A program made the position numbers and the translations under genes. Of a stretch of DNA of 64,000 bases, positions 13,185-26,421 are shown one piece after another. The notes under the pieces are model-generated. The model searched no databases, was not told the DNA's origin, and saw only the letters and a list, made by a program, of their open reading frames with translations. Location: the NCBI GenBank assembly GCA_047967505.1, contig CM106538.1. One strand, 5' to 3'. Source of the DNA: Dipteris shenzhenensis. Lineage: Eukaryota. Position 1 is the stretch's first letter; each line of letters begins with the position of its first letter.

Positions 13185-14019
13185 TACTCCCGAATCCATT
13201 TTATTACCCATCCTCGGTTATGGCTTATTTTGATTTCAGAGTTGGGATGCCATGTGCATAATCCAATGGCTGTTTAGCTTGTGGCATGTGAGTCATTCCT
13301 GCTGTAATGCTTTTGCACCATACAATTTGTAGTCTGCAGTCAAGAAGTCAAGAAGCTTATCTTCTCTTAAGGAGGGGTAGATGGCTGTGAATTTTAGAGG
13401 AGATCTCGTTGCTGAGGTTGTGGACTCTACCATCGAATCTTCTTGGGAAGAGGTTTGGCGGGGGTCTCATTGTTGAGGCTGGCATTTCTTGCTATCTTGC
13501 ATACATGTTGGATGCGATTGCACCCGTATCATTGAGCTTGTAGATAATTAGTATGCAAGTTTGATATTTTTGCATATAGGAGACGGCTGTGATGTTTGGT
13601 GAGGGTCTCGTTGTGGAGGCTGCAGACTCTTTTGCCAATTCATCTTGAGTTTTGGCATAGCTTCTTGTACTGCTTGTGAATTCATTGCATGCTTTGAGAG
13701 TATGGAATGAAAGTGTGTGATACTATTATTGATGCAATCTATTATGTGCCTATGCAAAATCATGTGAGTCATGTGATGTGTCTAACTATATGCTTATTTG
13801 TGGGATTTAATAGGGAAACTAAGACTCAAACATCCCTAATATGAAATTGATTAGGTCTTCCTAAGTGTGCAAAAACATGCATATGCCAGTGAGTGTGCGT
13901 GTAACAATCTAGTGCAAATTATATGTGCAAAAACGTGCATATGCTAGTGAGTGCTTGTGATACAATCTAATCCTAACTAAGGAAGACTTGGTTTCCCAAA
14001 TCTTCATTTTTGTCGAGGA

Positions 14020-17000
14020 TGGCTTACGTGTTGATGTAGTAGTGCTTCAGTCACGGCTCCCGTTTACTGTTGTGTTGAATTGGGCTCCATCCAATGTTTC
14101 TAGCAACACAGCTCCGATGGGATTCATCTTTCGTACTCGGTAGGGTCCTTGACCTAGATACTTCAGCTTTCCCTTGTGTACTTTGGCATTGTATAACAGG
14201 ACTAAGTCGCCTTCCTTGATGTCTTTAGCTTTCAAATTTCTATCAAACCATGTCTTTCTTCTGCATTTTTCTGTTGTCATGGCATGGTAGGCGACTAGTC
14301 TTATCTCTGTATGCTTCTCCAACTGATAGAGCCTTTCTTTCAAGGATTCATGGTCACCCATGCGTTCTTGTACTACGATGCGTAGACTTGGTATTATAAA
14401 TTCAAGTGGGACCACAGCTTCAAGGCCATACACCAATTGAAAAGGTGTGTTCCCTGTACTGACCTTGAATGTGGTTCTATATGCCCATAAGGCAGCATTC
14501 AGTTTCTCTGCCCAATCAGAACGCTGTGGTTCTACTACCTTGGTGAGGATAATGCATATTATTTTGTTGGTGGATTTTGCTAGTCCATTCCCTTGGGGGT
14601 AGTAGGGTGTGCTTTTTCTATGGATTACCATGAAGCCAGACAAGAGTTCTTGGATTACCTCATTGGCAAAATGAGTGCCTCTATCCGACACAATTTCAAT
14701 GGGGCATCTGAATCGGGTGATCACATTTTCGTATAAGAATCTTGATGTGCTTCTGGTATCTGCCTTTCTGACTGCTTTAGCTTCAGCCCATTTTGTAAAG
14801 TAATCAGTGGCCACAATGATGTAGCATGCCTGTGTTCCTTTTGCCGCTAGATGTATGGGACCCACATAGTGAATCCCCCATTTTTCAAATGGTTTTTGTG
14901 CAACAATTGGTGTTAGGGGATTGAAGTCTTTGTGTTGTGGTTTAATAGTCCGTTGGCATACATCACAACCTTTTACATATTCATACGCATCTGCCCACAG
15001 TGTTGGCCACCAGTAGCCTATGAGAACTTTTCTTGCTATGCCTTCCCCTTGGAAGTGTCCTCCTGCAATGCCTTCATGGACTTCACTCAGGATTTGGCAT
15101 GATCTCATGAGGCATTACACATCTTCTTAATATCTGGTCCTTGCCCATCTTGTATAGTTGTCCTGCAATGAGTTGATACGGTGCAGCCTTTAGAATCAAT
15201 TTTCTGGCATCTACTGCTTTCATGTCAGGGGGTGGTCTTTCTGCCATCAAGTACCCAATGATATCTCCACACCATTCTGGAACAGCATCGATTTGAAATA
15301 GTGTCGCATCTGGTAAGTCGTCTTCTACTCCAGTGGCTTCTTCTCCCAACTTGACTCAAGACATGTGATTGACAATGTAGTGTTGGGCACCTTTGCGGAC
15401 CACTATTTTGAAGTTGAATTCTTGAAGCAAGAGGAGCCATCTGGTAATTCTTCCTATGGTACACGGACGGTTCACAAGATAAAGCAATGCTTGATGGTCA
15501 GTGTAGAACACAAAATCATTTGCCAATAGATAGTGCCGAAATTTCTTTACACTATACACCATTGCTAGGGCTTCTCTTTTTGTGGTTGTATAGTTGATCT
15601 TTGCATCATTGAGTTGTCGACTGGCGAAGTAGAAGGGGTAGTCTTTCTTATGTTCACAAGGTTGACAAAGCACACTCCCAATTGCATACTTGGATCCATC
15701 AGTATGAATATGAAAATCAATATCCCAATTGGGAGATATAAGGATGGGTGTTGTGATTAGGCACCACTTTAAAAGCTCAAAGGCTTGGTCGCACTCTTCG
15801 GTCCATAAGAACTCCACTAATAATTTGTAAAGTGGTCTAGCTATCATGGCATACCACAATATAAATCTTCTATAATAGCCGGCATGTCCCATAAAGACCT
15901 GTACACCTTTGGAATTTGTAGGAGGAGGCAATTCCATGATGATTTTGATTTTGTCCATGTCAATTGCAATCCCATGTTGAAAGACGATGTGTCCCAAAAC
16001 AACTCTGTGGGTGACCATGAACTGGCATTTTGTTGGATTTAGGGAGATGCTATACTCCCTGCATTTGATTAGTACTTCTTCAAGACATTTGAAGTGGTCC
16101 TGTTTGCTTCAAAGGATGCACAAATCATCCAAGAACACCTGTAAAAACTTATTCAAAAATGACTTGAAAGCTGTGAACATGACACGCTGGAATGTGGCCG
16201 AGGCATTACAAAGGCCAAATGGCATGACTCTATATGCAAAAATACCCCATTCTGTAGCAAATACTATTTTTTATTGGTCTTGAGGAGCAATTCGCACTTG
16301 GTTATAGCCACTGAAGCCATCCAAGAAGCTATATATTTCGGATCCTGCTACCTTTTCCAACATTGTTTCTCTTAAGGGTAGGGGATAGTGATCCCTAATT
16401 GTGGCGGCATTCACATTTTTTAAGTTTACGCATATTCTGAGCTTCTTGTTGCATTTAGGTACAATGACAATGGGTGAAACCCAATTAGTGTGCTCTAGCT
16501 CATAGATGAATCTGGCATCTAGTAGTTTTTCCAGCTCATCATAAACCATGGTGCCATATTTAGGATTTGTGTGATAAGGTCCACATACCTTAGGGTGAGT
16601 ACCTTCCCTTATAAGTATCGTGTGTACTGCCACTTCTGGTGAAATTCCTTTCATCTCTTTGTATGACCATGCTAGGCAGTCATGGTATTCCATTAGGAGT
16701 TCTTTCAGTTTGGTGTTTCATCTTCTTGACGAAGCTTTTTCCCAATGAAAACCAATTTTTCTTCCTCCCCTTCAAGGGTGAGGTTTATTGTTCATGTTTT
16801 TGCCGGTCCCTCATAGATTGGAGTTTCTCCAATGCTATCGGTTTCTTGAACTTCAGATTCTCTGAGTGGTCTTGGCACTGCTATTGGTGCACTGCCACTT
16901 GTATAATTCTTGAGTATTCCGGCACTTCTCGAAGATCGGCCTCTGATGGGGTTGAACTAGCCTGACATGTGTCATGTGTACTAGGTGGCATACTTGCATT

Positions 17001-18325
17001 TATTAATTTGTTAGGCTTTTCTTTTCTTTCTTTTTCTGAAGTCACTTGATTGAGCTTCATCCACACATGTGGCTTATATTTCCGAAACTTCTTACATTGG
17101 GAACTGTGGGGTAACTTTTCCACTGGTAAGGTGTTTCCAAGTAAGGGTTCATGTGCTGCACATACTCCTTCCAGTCCCTCAGGGGACCATTCAAGAGGCG
17201 GTGGTTCTGATTTTGAAGGAGGTGACTTTGCAAGGTACAATTCGACGATCCTTGATTGGACTCGTTCGAATTCATTGAAGTGCTCGGCCTTGGCTTTTCT
17301 GCGATTTCCTCCTTTAGCTTTCTTGCGAGATCTTCTACTGTTATTCAATTGTGGAGGTTTAACTTTTGGAAGCTCGACTGCCATTAGGGCATGCAGAATG
17401 GCTAAGTCATTATCAAAGATTTGATCTTCAATTTCAACATTCGCAGCCTCTGTTTCAAGTCCCTTGGAAAATCTGAGTCATCATTGGTATTGGTACCTTC
17501 TTCAGGTTCATTATCCCATTCGAGGTCAGCCATAAAGAATGGCATCTCTAGATTGATTGGTTCTTCATGTGTCGGTGGAGGATCAACCTGTAGTGCATTA
17601 GCATCTATCTGTGAGAAGATGGGGTCTAATGAATGGCAGTTATTGATGGTTGCCAATGTTTGTATCCAATTATTGACATTGCTTTGTGAGTCACCCGCTA
17701 TGGCATGCTGTTGCAGGGGAGCTTATTTGCTTGAGATTGTCGTGGAAGATGTGTCATCCAATGCTCTAGGCACAATTGGTTTAATAGCTCTTGTCCCCAC
17801 ATTCACCCTGACTGCAGTGTCTCGATTCTAGATTGTCAGTCTATCAGTTCCCCAGTCATGGAGAACCGATGCTTCCCGTAACCAAGGACGTCCCACTAAG
17901 ATTTGATAGGATTTTTTGAGGAGATCCAAGATTGTGAATTGAAGGGAAAAGTGGACTCCCACGATTTTTGTGGACACGCCATTCACTATCCCCAAGGGTT
18001 TAGCCCGTGAATCATCGGCAAGGCGTATGTGTAAATTAGCCTTTTGCATCGGTGGGAGACCCCATTCTTCGTAGAGCTCCTTGGATAGGACATTTACACC
18101 TGCTCCACCATCCACTATGGCTTGGACTTCATTATATGCCTTGTGGATGAAAGGCATAGTAATGTTGTGTATGTCATCTCTCTCACCCATCCGCACAGGG
18201 ATATCTTTAATGTCGTTCATAGGTGGAGGGGGATTTGCGAGTTCAACCCATCCTTTGAAACTCTCCCAGAGATTGGGACAATTCCGTAAGAGGATTCTGA
18301 TGGGAATTGACACAGGGCAACTCAA
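14020..18325 (-). pseudogene. pol: Gypsy pol (copy C): protease, spacer, RT, RNase H, integrase, with frameshifts and stops
   Basis: AIVDGGAGVNVL (protease); WVSPIVIVPK, FLDGFSGYNQ, MPFGLCNA, FLDDL (RT); HTDGSKYAIG, FYTDHQAL (RNase H); HHCC and DDE motifs (integrase). Confidence 0.95.
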
Positions 18326-18329
18326 GATG

Positions 18330-20370
18330 CTAGAGAGTGCGGCTCTTTCAAGTTGACGTGGTGGTACATTCTATTGTGGAGTCTATTGTTGGAACAAAGG
18401 CTCGAGTACAGTATCAATACTTTGTGGAGCCAAGTCATGGATTGGGTCTTGAGCTTGTTTCTCAGCCTCAAATTGAGCTTGTTCATTTTGGACCCATTAG
18501 TGAAGGACCTGAAAACGAGCCTTCTCCACCTCTTTATTCGGGTATGGAGCTTCTTTTATTTGAGGCTCGGGAGTTGATGTGGATGACCTCGGCTGCTCAT
18601 TGCTTGGCGGAGGTGGAGGCACTTGTGCTTTCTTTTTTAGAAGTCGCTTTGGTTGGATTGGAATGTTAGGGTCCTTGGTGGCCCCTTTCTGTTGGCGTGT
18701 AATTACATTTACAGGTTGTGATTTTACACTTGCCGGACCCAGACTATGATGGTCCACCCCAATGATGCCAATGGGAAGGTCAGTCTTAACCTCTATTTGT
18801 TCTGGGATCTTATTTTTCATGGGACAATCCATGCACGCATGTCCTATGCCACAATCTTTGCAGATGGTTGGAAAGTAGCTGGGCTACCACGATGAGGGCA
18901 CTCTGCGATCCGGTGATTTTCTCCACAACCGTAACACTTGATTGGTGCTCAAAATGTGTTGGGTCGTACTTGATTTGCATAAATTGGTATTAGACCCTCT
19001 GCACCTTCTACATAGTACACTGGGTACTCTGCTTCATACTCAAATGGCGAGTCTACTTCCTCGGCTTGTAATTGATGTATTGGAACTGCCTGAGGAGCTA
19101 GATTTGGTGCTCTTGGGTATGGTCGTGGATTTGGAATCTTGAGTAGTTGTGGGACTTGTGTCCGAATGGGTACAAGATTTAGCCTTGGAGCTAGAGGCAC
19201 TTGTGCAAGTGCCGGTTGCTTGTACATTGGTATGGGTGTCGCTTGGTATTGTTGAGGTCGAGGCAGGTTGTTGCGCATGTTGAGGATGCAACTGTTCTCA
19301 TCATGGCCGCCGATGACGTAGATATGGCACCACAACCTTGGTGGTGGATTTTCTTGTCCAGTGATCCTGGCTCTTAGGACTGGGCACTCATTTGCTATAT
19401 GATTTTCCAGGAAGTGTGGACACCAGACATTTTCTCGCCGTGGATATGTCTGAGTTGGTGGTTGAGACAAGTGGAGTTTTTGATCCATGGCCTCCATCAT
19501 ATCTTCTTTCAGCTTCATGGTCATGGCCTCTAGGCGATCTTCATTTGATGTTTCGATAGTGTCCTTTGATTTACCCTTTCTCGAGTGCTTATCTCGTGTA
19601 TTTGATATGCCGTCATCACTGCTACTGTCTGAGTCTGTCATGCCATCCTCGATGTCAATGGCTGTCGCATGAGCAACACTAAACGTTTCATAGCTGCTTA
19701 TCTTTTTCATATCCTTTCAGATTTTCTTTCTGAGTCCTGCAATGAACCATGCCGTGAGGTACTTTGCATCTGGGCATGGGTCACATTTGGCGATTAATCG
19801 TTTCATCTTACCCAGGTACGTGCGTACATCTTCTCTCCGGCCTTGTTCGATCTTGCTGAGTTGGAGAGCAAGATCATCTTGTAGCCTCTCCATTTGAAAG
19901 CATCGTTTGATTTCAGTTTGAAGTAGTTCCCATGTGGCGCCTTCTTCCACTAGAAGGTCTAGGTACCATTCAGATGCTTCATCAATTAAGGCCATGGGAA
20001 ACCAAGCCACCTTGGTTTCATGGGATTGATCTCCACCTACGCGGCATGCGGCATCAAAATGCTGGTTGAATCGGGCTGGATCTCCCCGACCATTATATTT
20101 GGGAAGTTCCAGTTTTCCCAAGGGGCATCGGCCTTGATTGTTGTTATTTCTTCGATTGAAGAAATTGTCAGCCTTTGCATCGATGTTGATATCCCCATCA
20201 TTGTCATGACAACATCCAGCCATGTTGGGGCGTGGAGAAGTGAGAGGGAGTGGTTGAATCTTAAGGGGGGATTCGGGGTAGAGGATTGGTGGGGGCGATT
20301 GTTGCAGTAGAGTTAAATGCAGATGGGGCGAGTGTTGGAGTCGAAGGCATTGGCCAGAACGTAGTTGCAT
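18330..20370 (-). pseudogene. gag: Gypsy gag (copy C) with Cys/His knuckles
   Basis: ORFs 19717-20370 and 18949-19710 carry retrotransposon gag motifs. A CKDCGIGHACMDC knuckle is at about 18830-18865. Confidence 0.85.
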
Positions 20371-20829
20371 GCAGATTGTGCGAGATTTGCCAAGGGTGTC
20401 TCTGCCACAAGTACAGGTGTGGATGTAGTGTTGTTGGGAGGGTTAGAGTGGTATTAGTTTGTGTAGGGACCGTCATGTTAATAATGTGCCTAAGGTTGTC
20501 CTATGTGTGTAGGGAAATGTGCCGGTGCAGACGGATCGTTAATCGAAGGTCACGGCATGAAGATATGATCGAATTTGTGCGAAACGAGGCCCACACAGGG
20601 GCGCGAATGAACGAGTGCTAGGGATGCCAAAATGATGTGCAATGGCTTGGAAAAATACCCCATAGCGTGTGTTTTTGTGTGTGAAATCTGGGTTCAAACG
20701 GGGTTTAGTTTGGGTCCTAAACGGATGAGTTACGAGGGGTTAAAGTAGGGGTAAAATTGGGGTTGGGGGGGTCCTAATGGTGGTGTGAATGGACTTTAAG
20801 TCCAACTAATGGGTTGAAACCAAGTGACT

Positions 20830-21719
20830 CTAGTTAAGGTAACTAACCTATATCCTCCCAGTTATTGTAACTGGGAGATTTGACTAACTGTAGTTAGTTA
20901 CTAACTGAAGAGTTAGTCTACCCTAACTGAGGGTAATCCTAACCGAACCCAAGTTAGCCTAACTAACCTAGGTTATCGTAACCTAACTAACTGACTAACC
21001 TAACTAAAGTTAATACTAACCTAAAACTAATCTAAGGTTTAACTAGCATATGGTTAGTTAACCTAACCTAAGGTCAATATTAGGTTGGTTAGTTTTTTTT
21101 ATAAAAATAATAGGGGGGGTTCCTCGCGGCGCGGGGGGGGGGGGATTTTTGCCTATGTGGGGGGGGGGGTGGTTCACGGCAATGGTGCGGGGGGGGGATT
21201 TTTACGAGGGGGGGGAAAAGGGGGAGAGGGGAGGGGGGCTGCGGGGGTGCGGGGTGGTGCGGGGTGCGAGGTGGTGGGGCGCAAGGTGGTAGAGTTGTGG
21301 GTGGCAGTGCTAGGGCAAGCGACGAGGTAGGTTGGCGGTGGGGCTGCGGGGCGCGGGCAAGTGGTGGCGTCATGGGCGGGGATGGCGCACCACCGCGGGC
21401 AGTTGGTGGTGAAGATCGGTGGCACGCCGCGAGCGAGGCGAAGCGGCGCTACGAGCGGGTGCCACTGGCACGTCTGCACGTGCCACCGCTGTGCGGTCGC
21501 ATGCAGCAGCAAGCAAGGGCCTTAAGGCCCTTGCTGTAGTTAGGGGGTGGGGGGGAGGGTGGAGAGAGGAGAGGGGGAGGGGGGTGGTAGGAAGAGGGAG
21601 GGGGAGTGGTAGAGAGAGGGGGGGAAAGAGAGAAGCTGGAGGGGGATGGTAGAGAGAGGGGGGTAAGGGGGAGAGAGAGAGAGAGAGAGAGAGGGCGGGA
21701 GAGAATGAGAGAGCGAGAG

Positions 21720-21765
<46 letters not shown>

Positions 21766-21818
21766 GAGAGAGAAAAGAGAGAGAGAGTGAGAGAGAGAGG
21801 GGGGGAGGGGGAGAGAAT

Positions 21819-21850
<32 letters not shown>

Positions 21851-21885
21851 AGGGGGAGAGAATGAGAGAGAGAGAGAGAGAGGGG

Positions 21886-21932
<47 letters not shown>

Positions 21933-21966
21933 GAGAGTGGAGAGAGAAAAGAGAGAGGGGGGGATG

Positions 21967-22001
<35 letters not shown>

Positions 22002-23170
22002 GAGAGAAAAGAGAGAGAGTGTGAGAGAGAGAGAGAGAGAGAGTGAGAGAGAGAAAAAGAGAGAGGTGGTGTTGGAGGGGGGAGGGGGGGAGAAGGGGGT
22101 GGTGGAGATGGAGGGGGGAGGTGGGAGGGGGTGGTGGTGGTGGTGGTGGTGAAGATGGAGGGGGGGAAGGGGGGAGGGGAGAAGGGGGTTGTGGAGATGG
22201 AGGGGGAGAAGGGGGAGGGGGGGAGGGGGAGATGGAGGGGGGAAAGGGGGAGGGGGGAGGGGGGAGGGGGTGGTGGAAATGGAGGGGGGAGGGGGGGAGG
22301 GGGAAAGGGGGTGGTGGAGATGGAGGGGGGAGGGGGGAAGCGGAAAAGGGGGTGGTGGAGATGGAGGGGGAAAAGGGGGAGGGGGGAAGGGGGGGATGAA
22401 GGGGGAGGGGGAGATGGAGGGGGAGATGGAGGGGGGAAAGGGGGAGGGGGAAAGGGGGAGGGGTTGGTGGAAATGGAGGGGGGGAGGGGGGGAGGGGGAA
22501 AAGGAGGGGGTGGTGGAGATGGAGATGGAGGGGGGAGAAGGAGGGGGAGGTGGAAATGGAGGGGGAAGGGAGAGAGGGAGGTGGAGATGGAGGGGGAAGG
22601 GGGAGGGGGAGGTGGAGATCGAGGGGGGAGGGGGGAAGGGGGAGGGGGAGGCAGAGATGGAGGGGGGAGGGGGAGAGGGAGGTGGAGATGGAGATGGAGG
22701 GGGGAGGGGGAGGGGGTGGTGGAAATGGAGGGAGGAGGGGGAGGGGGTGGTGGATATGGAGATGGAGGGGGGAGGGGGAGGGGGAGGTGGAAATGGAGGG
22801 GGAAGGGAGAGGGGGAGGTGGAGATGGAGAGGGGAGGGGGAGGTGAAAATGGAGGGGGGAGGGGGAGGGGGTGGTGGATATGGAGGGGGAGAGGGGAGGG
22901 GGAGGTGGAGATGGAGGGGAGGGGGAGGGGAGGTGGAGATGGAGATGGAGGGGGGAGGGGATGGTGGAAATGGAGGGGGAAGGGGGAGGGGGAGGTGGAT
23001 ATGGAGGGGGAAGGGGGAGGGGAGGTGGAAATGGAGGGGGGAGGGGGAGGGGGAGGGGGAAATGGAGATGGAGGGGGGAGGGGGTGGTGGAAATGGAGGG
23101 GGGAGGGGGAAGGGGAGCGGGAGGGGAGGTGGAGATGGAGGGGAGTCCTGGAAATGGGAGGGGAAAAAAA
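20830..23170. repeat. 5' UTR low-complexity cassette of copy C: TAACC tract, G-rich tract, (GA)n, about 1.1 kb of GGAGATGGAGGGGG-type repeats
   Basis: Read directly. Homologous to 6345-7975. Confidence 0.9.
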
Positions 23171-23815
23171 GAGAGAGCAAATAAAAAACTTGACGGACGG
23201 AAATTGAAAGGGAGGGAGAGGTGGTCACTTGAACGCTCTCCAAGTCTTTCTCGATGTAACGGGATTGTTGTGGAACAATGGACGGTGGGTGGATGGCTAG
23301 GTTATCGCTGCGAGATGGGCTCGAAGTCACTTACAATGTGAGGATGGGAGTAAGGTGGTGGTCGATGGAGAGGGAGGACTGTCTTGCGTAGGGCTCGGAA
23401 TGAAGAAGAGAATGGAGGCAAAATGTGAAAGATGAAGAATGAGGGGGTGGAGTTGGTTTTTATAGGATTTGAGTTTAGGTTTAGGGTTTAACCCTAAACT
23501 CTTCGCGAGCCATAACTCTTTATGGATAGCTCGGTTTGCTTTTGTGCAAAAAGGTGAATGATCGAAATTGCAATCTCTACGCATTCGTGTCCACTACCTA
23601 GCCTGATTGCTTATCATGTGGCTTCTATTTAAGAAATAAAGAAAATTTCTTAAGGTAGTAACCCAAGGTTGAGGCTTGGGGTAGATATGGTTGGCTAGAA
23701 ATGGGAAAAAAAAATTTACTCTCCTTGCCCTTGAGTGTTATGTTCGTGAAAGTTCGAAGTAGTTTGTATTTTACACATACCTACATATGTTTACTCACTA
23801 CTTGAGATGCTAGTC

Positions 23816-23833
23816 TCCCCGGTAGCAGTGCCA
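23816..23833 (-). promoter_or_regulatory. Primer-binding site, tRNA-Asp type
   Basis: Minus strand TGGCACTGCTACCGGGGA lies 2 nt after the LTR and differs by four transitions from the Athila-type TGGCGCCGTTGCCGGGGA. Confidence 0.75.
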
Positions 23834-23835
23834 AA

Positions 23836-25009
23836 TGTTGGCTCTTTCCTACTACTTTCATAGGAAGAGTTGGGTTCTCTCAGTATGCAAGGTTCCGAGG
23901 CTTTTTGTCACCTACAGATATATTGAGGTTGTCGTTGAAGTATACGTGTAGCTTAGGACCTCGAGTCGTGTTCCGGTGAGAGACGTAAGCTTAAGCGTGG
24001 TGAGCAGACATAGTGCATGCATGTGTAAAAGGAACGTGTATCATCATGATTGAGGTAATGATGAAGGCTTTCGCCTTCATTGGGGGTTGTAGGGTTTAGG
24101 AGGAGTTTAAGGGTTAGAAGGAGGTTCCAGGGTTTAGAAGGAGTTCCAAGGTTTAGAAGGAGGTTCCAGGGTTAAGAAGAAGGTTCCAGGGTAAGAAGGA
24201 GGTCCTAGGGTTTAGAAGGAGTTCTAGGGTTTAGAAGGAGGTTCCAGGGTTTAGAAGGAGTCCAAGGTTAGAAGGAGGTTCCAAGGTTCAGGGTAGAGTA
24301 CATGGTGGAGGACTCGTCTCCTTCATAGATCATGGAGTTTAAGGGTTGAGGAACAAAGGGTTTAGGGGGAGCATAAGAGTGGGAGAGGAAGAAGGTGTAA
24401 GAGCATGCGGGAAAGAAGAGAGAGGAAGGAGGAGGAGGAGGAGGCAGGAGGAGGAGAGAGGAGGAGGAGGGGGAGAGAGGAGGAGGAGGAGGAGGAGGAG
24501 GAGGAGGGAGGAGGAGGAGGAAGGAGGAGGAGGGAGGAGAAGAGGGAGAGGATGGGTTGCAAGGTTGGAGGAGAGGGGAGGAGGAGTTGCAAGGTTAGGA
24601 CATGCTTTTGGACGTGGAGTGCAAGGAAGCATGGACACTTGAGACAAATGCTTGGAATACCAAACTATACTCAACACAATGCCCCAAAGAGTGTGGGCTT
24701 CATTCCATTATGGGGTATTTATACAAGTTGGAGAGCTTCTCTCTCTGCACAAAGTTGTATCACAAAGTTATAACACAAAGTTGTATCACAAAGTTGTAAC
24801 ACAAAGTTGTATCACAAAGTTGTAACACATTCTCTTTCTACATCTACAAGTTGTAACACAAAGTTGTATCACAAAGTTGTATCACAAAGTTGTAACACAA
24901 AGTTGTAACACATTCTCTTTCTACATGTAGAAGTTGTAACACAAAGTTGTAACACAAAGTTGTATCACATTCTCTTTCTACATAAGCTCATGTTTGCACA
25001 CAGTCAACA
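23836..25009 (-). repeat. 5' LTR of copy C
   Basis: TGTTGG...GTCAACA, flanked by the PBS and by TSD ACTGC. Confidence 0.95.
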
Positions 25010-26421
25010 ACTGCTTTCATTTCAGGTGGTGGTCTTCATGCCATCAAGTATCCAATGATATCTCCACACCACTTTAGAACAGCATCTATTTGAAATAGTG
25101 TGGCATCTGGTAAGTCATCTTCTACTCCAGTGGCTTCTTCTCCTGACTTGATACGAGACATGTGATCGACAATGTAGTGTTGGGCACCTTTGCAGACCAC
25201 TATTTTGAAGTTGAATTCTTGAAGCAAGAGGAGCCATCTGGTTATTCTTCCTATTGTACACCGACGGTTCACAAGATAAAGCACTGCTTGACGGTCGGTG
25301 TAGAAGACAAAATCATTTGCTAGTTAATAGTGCCGAAATTTCTTTACACTATACACCATTGCTAGGGCTTCTCTTTCTGTGGTGGTATAGTTGATCTCTG
25401 CATCATTGAGTTATCAACTGGTGAAGTAGAATGGGTAGTCTTTCTTATGTTCACTAGGTTGACAAAGCACACTCCCAATTGCATACTTGGATCCATCAGT
25501 ATGAACATGAAAATCAATATCCCAATTGGGAGATATAAGGATGGGTGTTGTGATTAGGCACCACTTTAAAAGCTCAAAGGCTTGGTCGCATTCTTTGTTC
25601 CATAAGAAATCCACTAATAATTTGTAAAGTGGTCTAGCTATCATGGCGTACCGTAATATAAATCTTCTATAATAGCTGGCATGTCCCATAAAGACCTGTA
25701 CACCTTTGGAATTTATAGGTGGAGGCAATTCCATGATGATTTTGATTTTGTCCATGTTAGTTGCAATCCCATGTTGAGAGACGATGTGCCCCAAAACAAC
25801 TCCGTGGGTGACCATGAACTGGCATTTTGTTGGATTTAGGGAGACGCCATACTCCTTGCATTTGATTAGTACTGCTTCAAAACATTTGAAGTGGTCTTGT
25901 TTGTTTGAATGGATGCACAAATCATCCAAGAACACCTATAAAAACGTATTCAAAAATTACTTGAAAGCTATGAACATGACTCACTGGAATGTGGCTGGGG
26001 CATTACAAAGGCCAAATGGCATGACTCTATATGCAAAGATACCCCATTCTGTAGCAAATGTTGTTTTTGATTGGTCTTTAAGAGCAATTTGCACTTGGTT
26101 ATAGCCATTGAAGCCATCCAAGAAGCTATATATTTCTGAACCTGCCACCTTTTCCAACATTGTTTTTGCTAAGGGTAGGGGATAGTGATCCCTAATTGTG
26201 GTGGCATTCACATTTTTTAAGTTTACGCATATTCTAAGCTTCTTGTTGCGTTTAGGCACAATGACAATGGGTGAAACCCAATCAGTGTGCTCTATCTCTC
26301 GTAGATGAATCCGGCATCTAGGAGTTTTTCTAGCTCGTCATAAACCATGGTGCCATATTTAGGATTTGTGTGATAAGGTCCACATACCTTAGGGTGAGCA
26401 CCTTCCCTTATAGGTATCGTG
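25010..26421 (-). pseudogene. pol: Gypsy RT/RNase H (copy B)
   Basis: FLDGFNGYNQ, MPFGLCNAPATFQ, FLDDLCIHS, HTDGSKYAIGSVL. Colinear with 15213-16620. Confidence 0.9.

Larger units (their letters stand above)
12018..25009 (-). mobile_element. Full-length Athila-like (non-chromovirus) Ty3/Gypsy element, copy C, 12,992 bp
   Basis: LTRs 12018-13184 and 23836-25009 (TGTTG...CAACA). TSD ACTGC at 12013-12017 and 25010-25014. tRNA-Asp-like PBS. Domain order gag-PR-RT-RH-IN. Confidence 0.95.

Noticed and set aside
13185-13980. env-like ORF between integrase and the 3' LTR
   Set aside because: Only about 0.8 kb, with no conserved open frame between copies B and C and no clear transmembrane segment.
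21540-23341. 596-aa Pro-rich ORF and overlapping Gly-rich ORFs
   Set aside because: Same low-complexity artefact. The length differs greatly from the homologous copy A.
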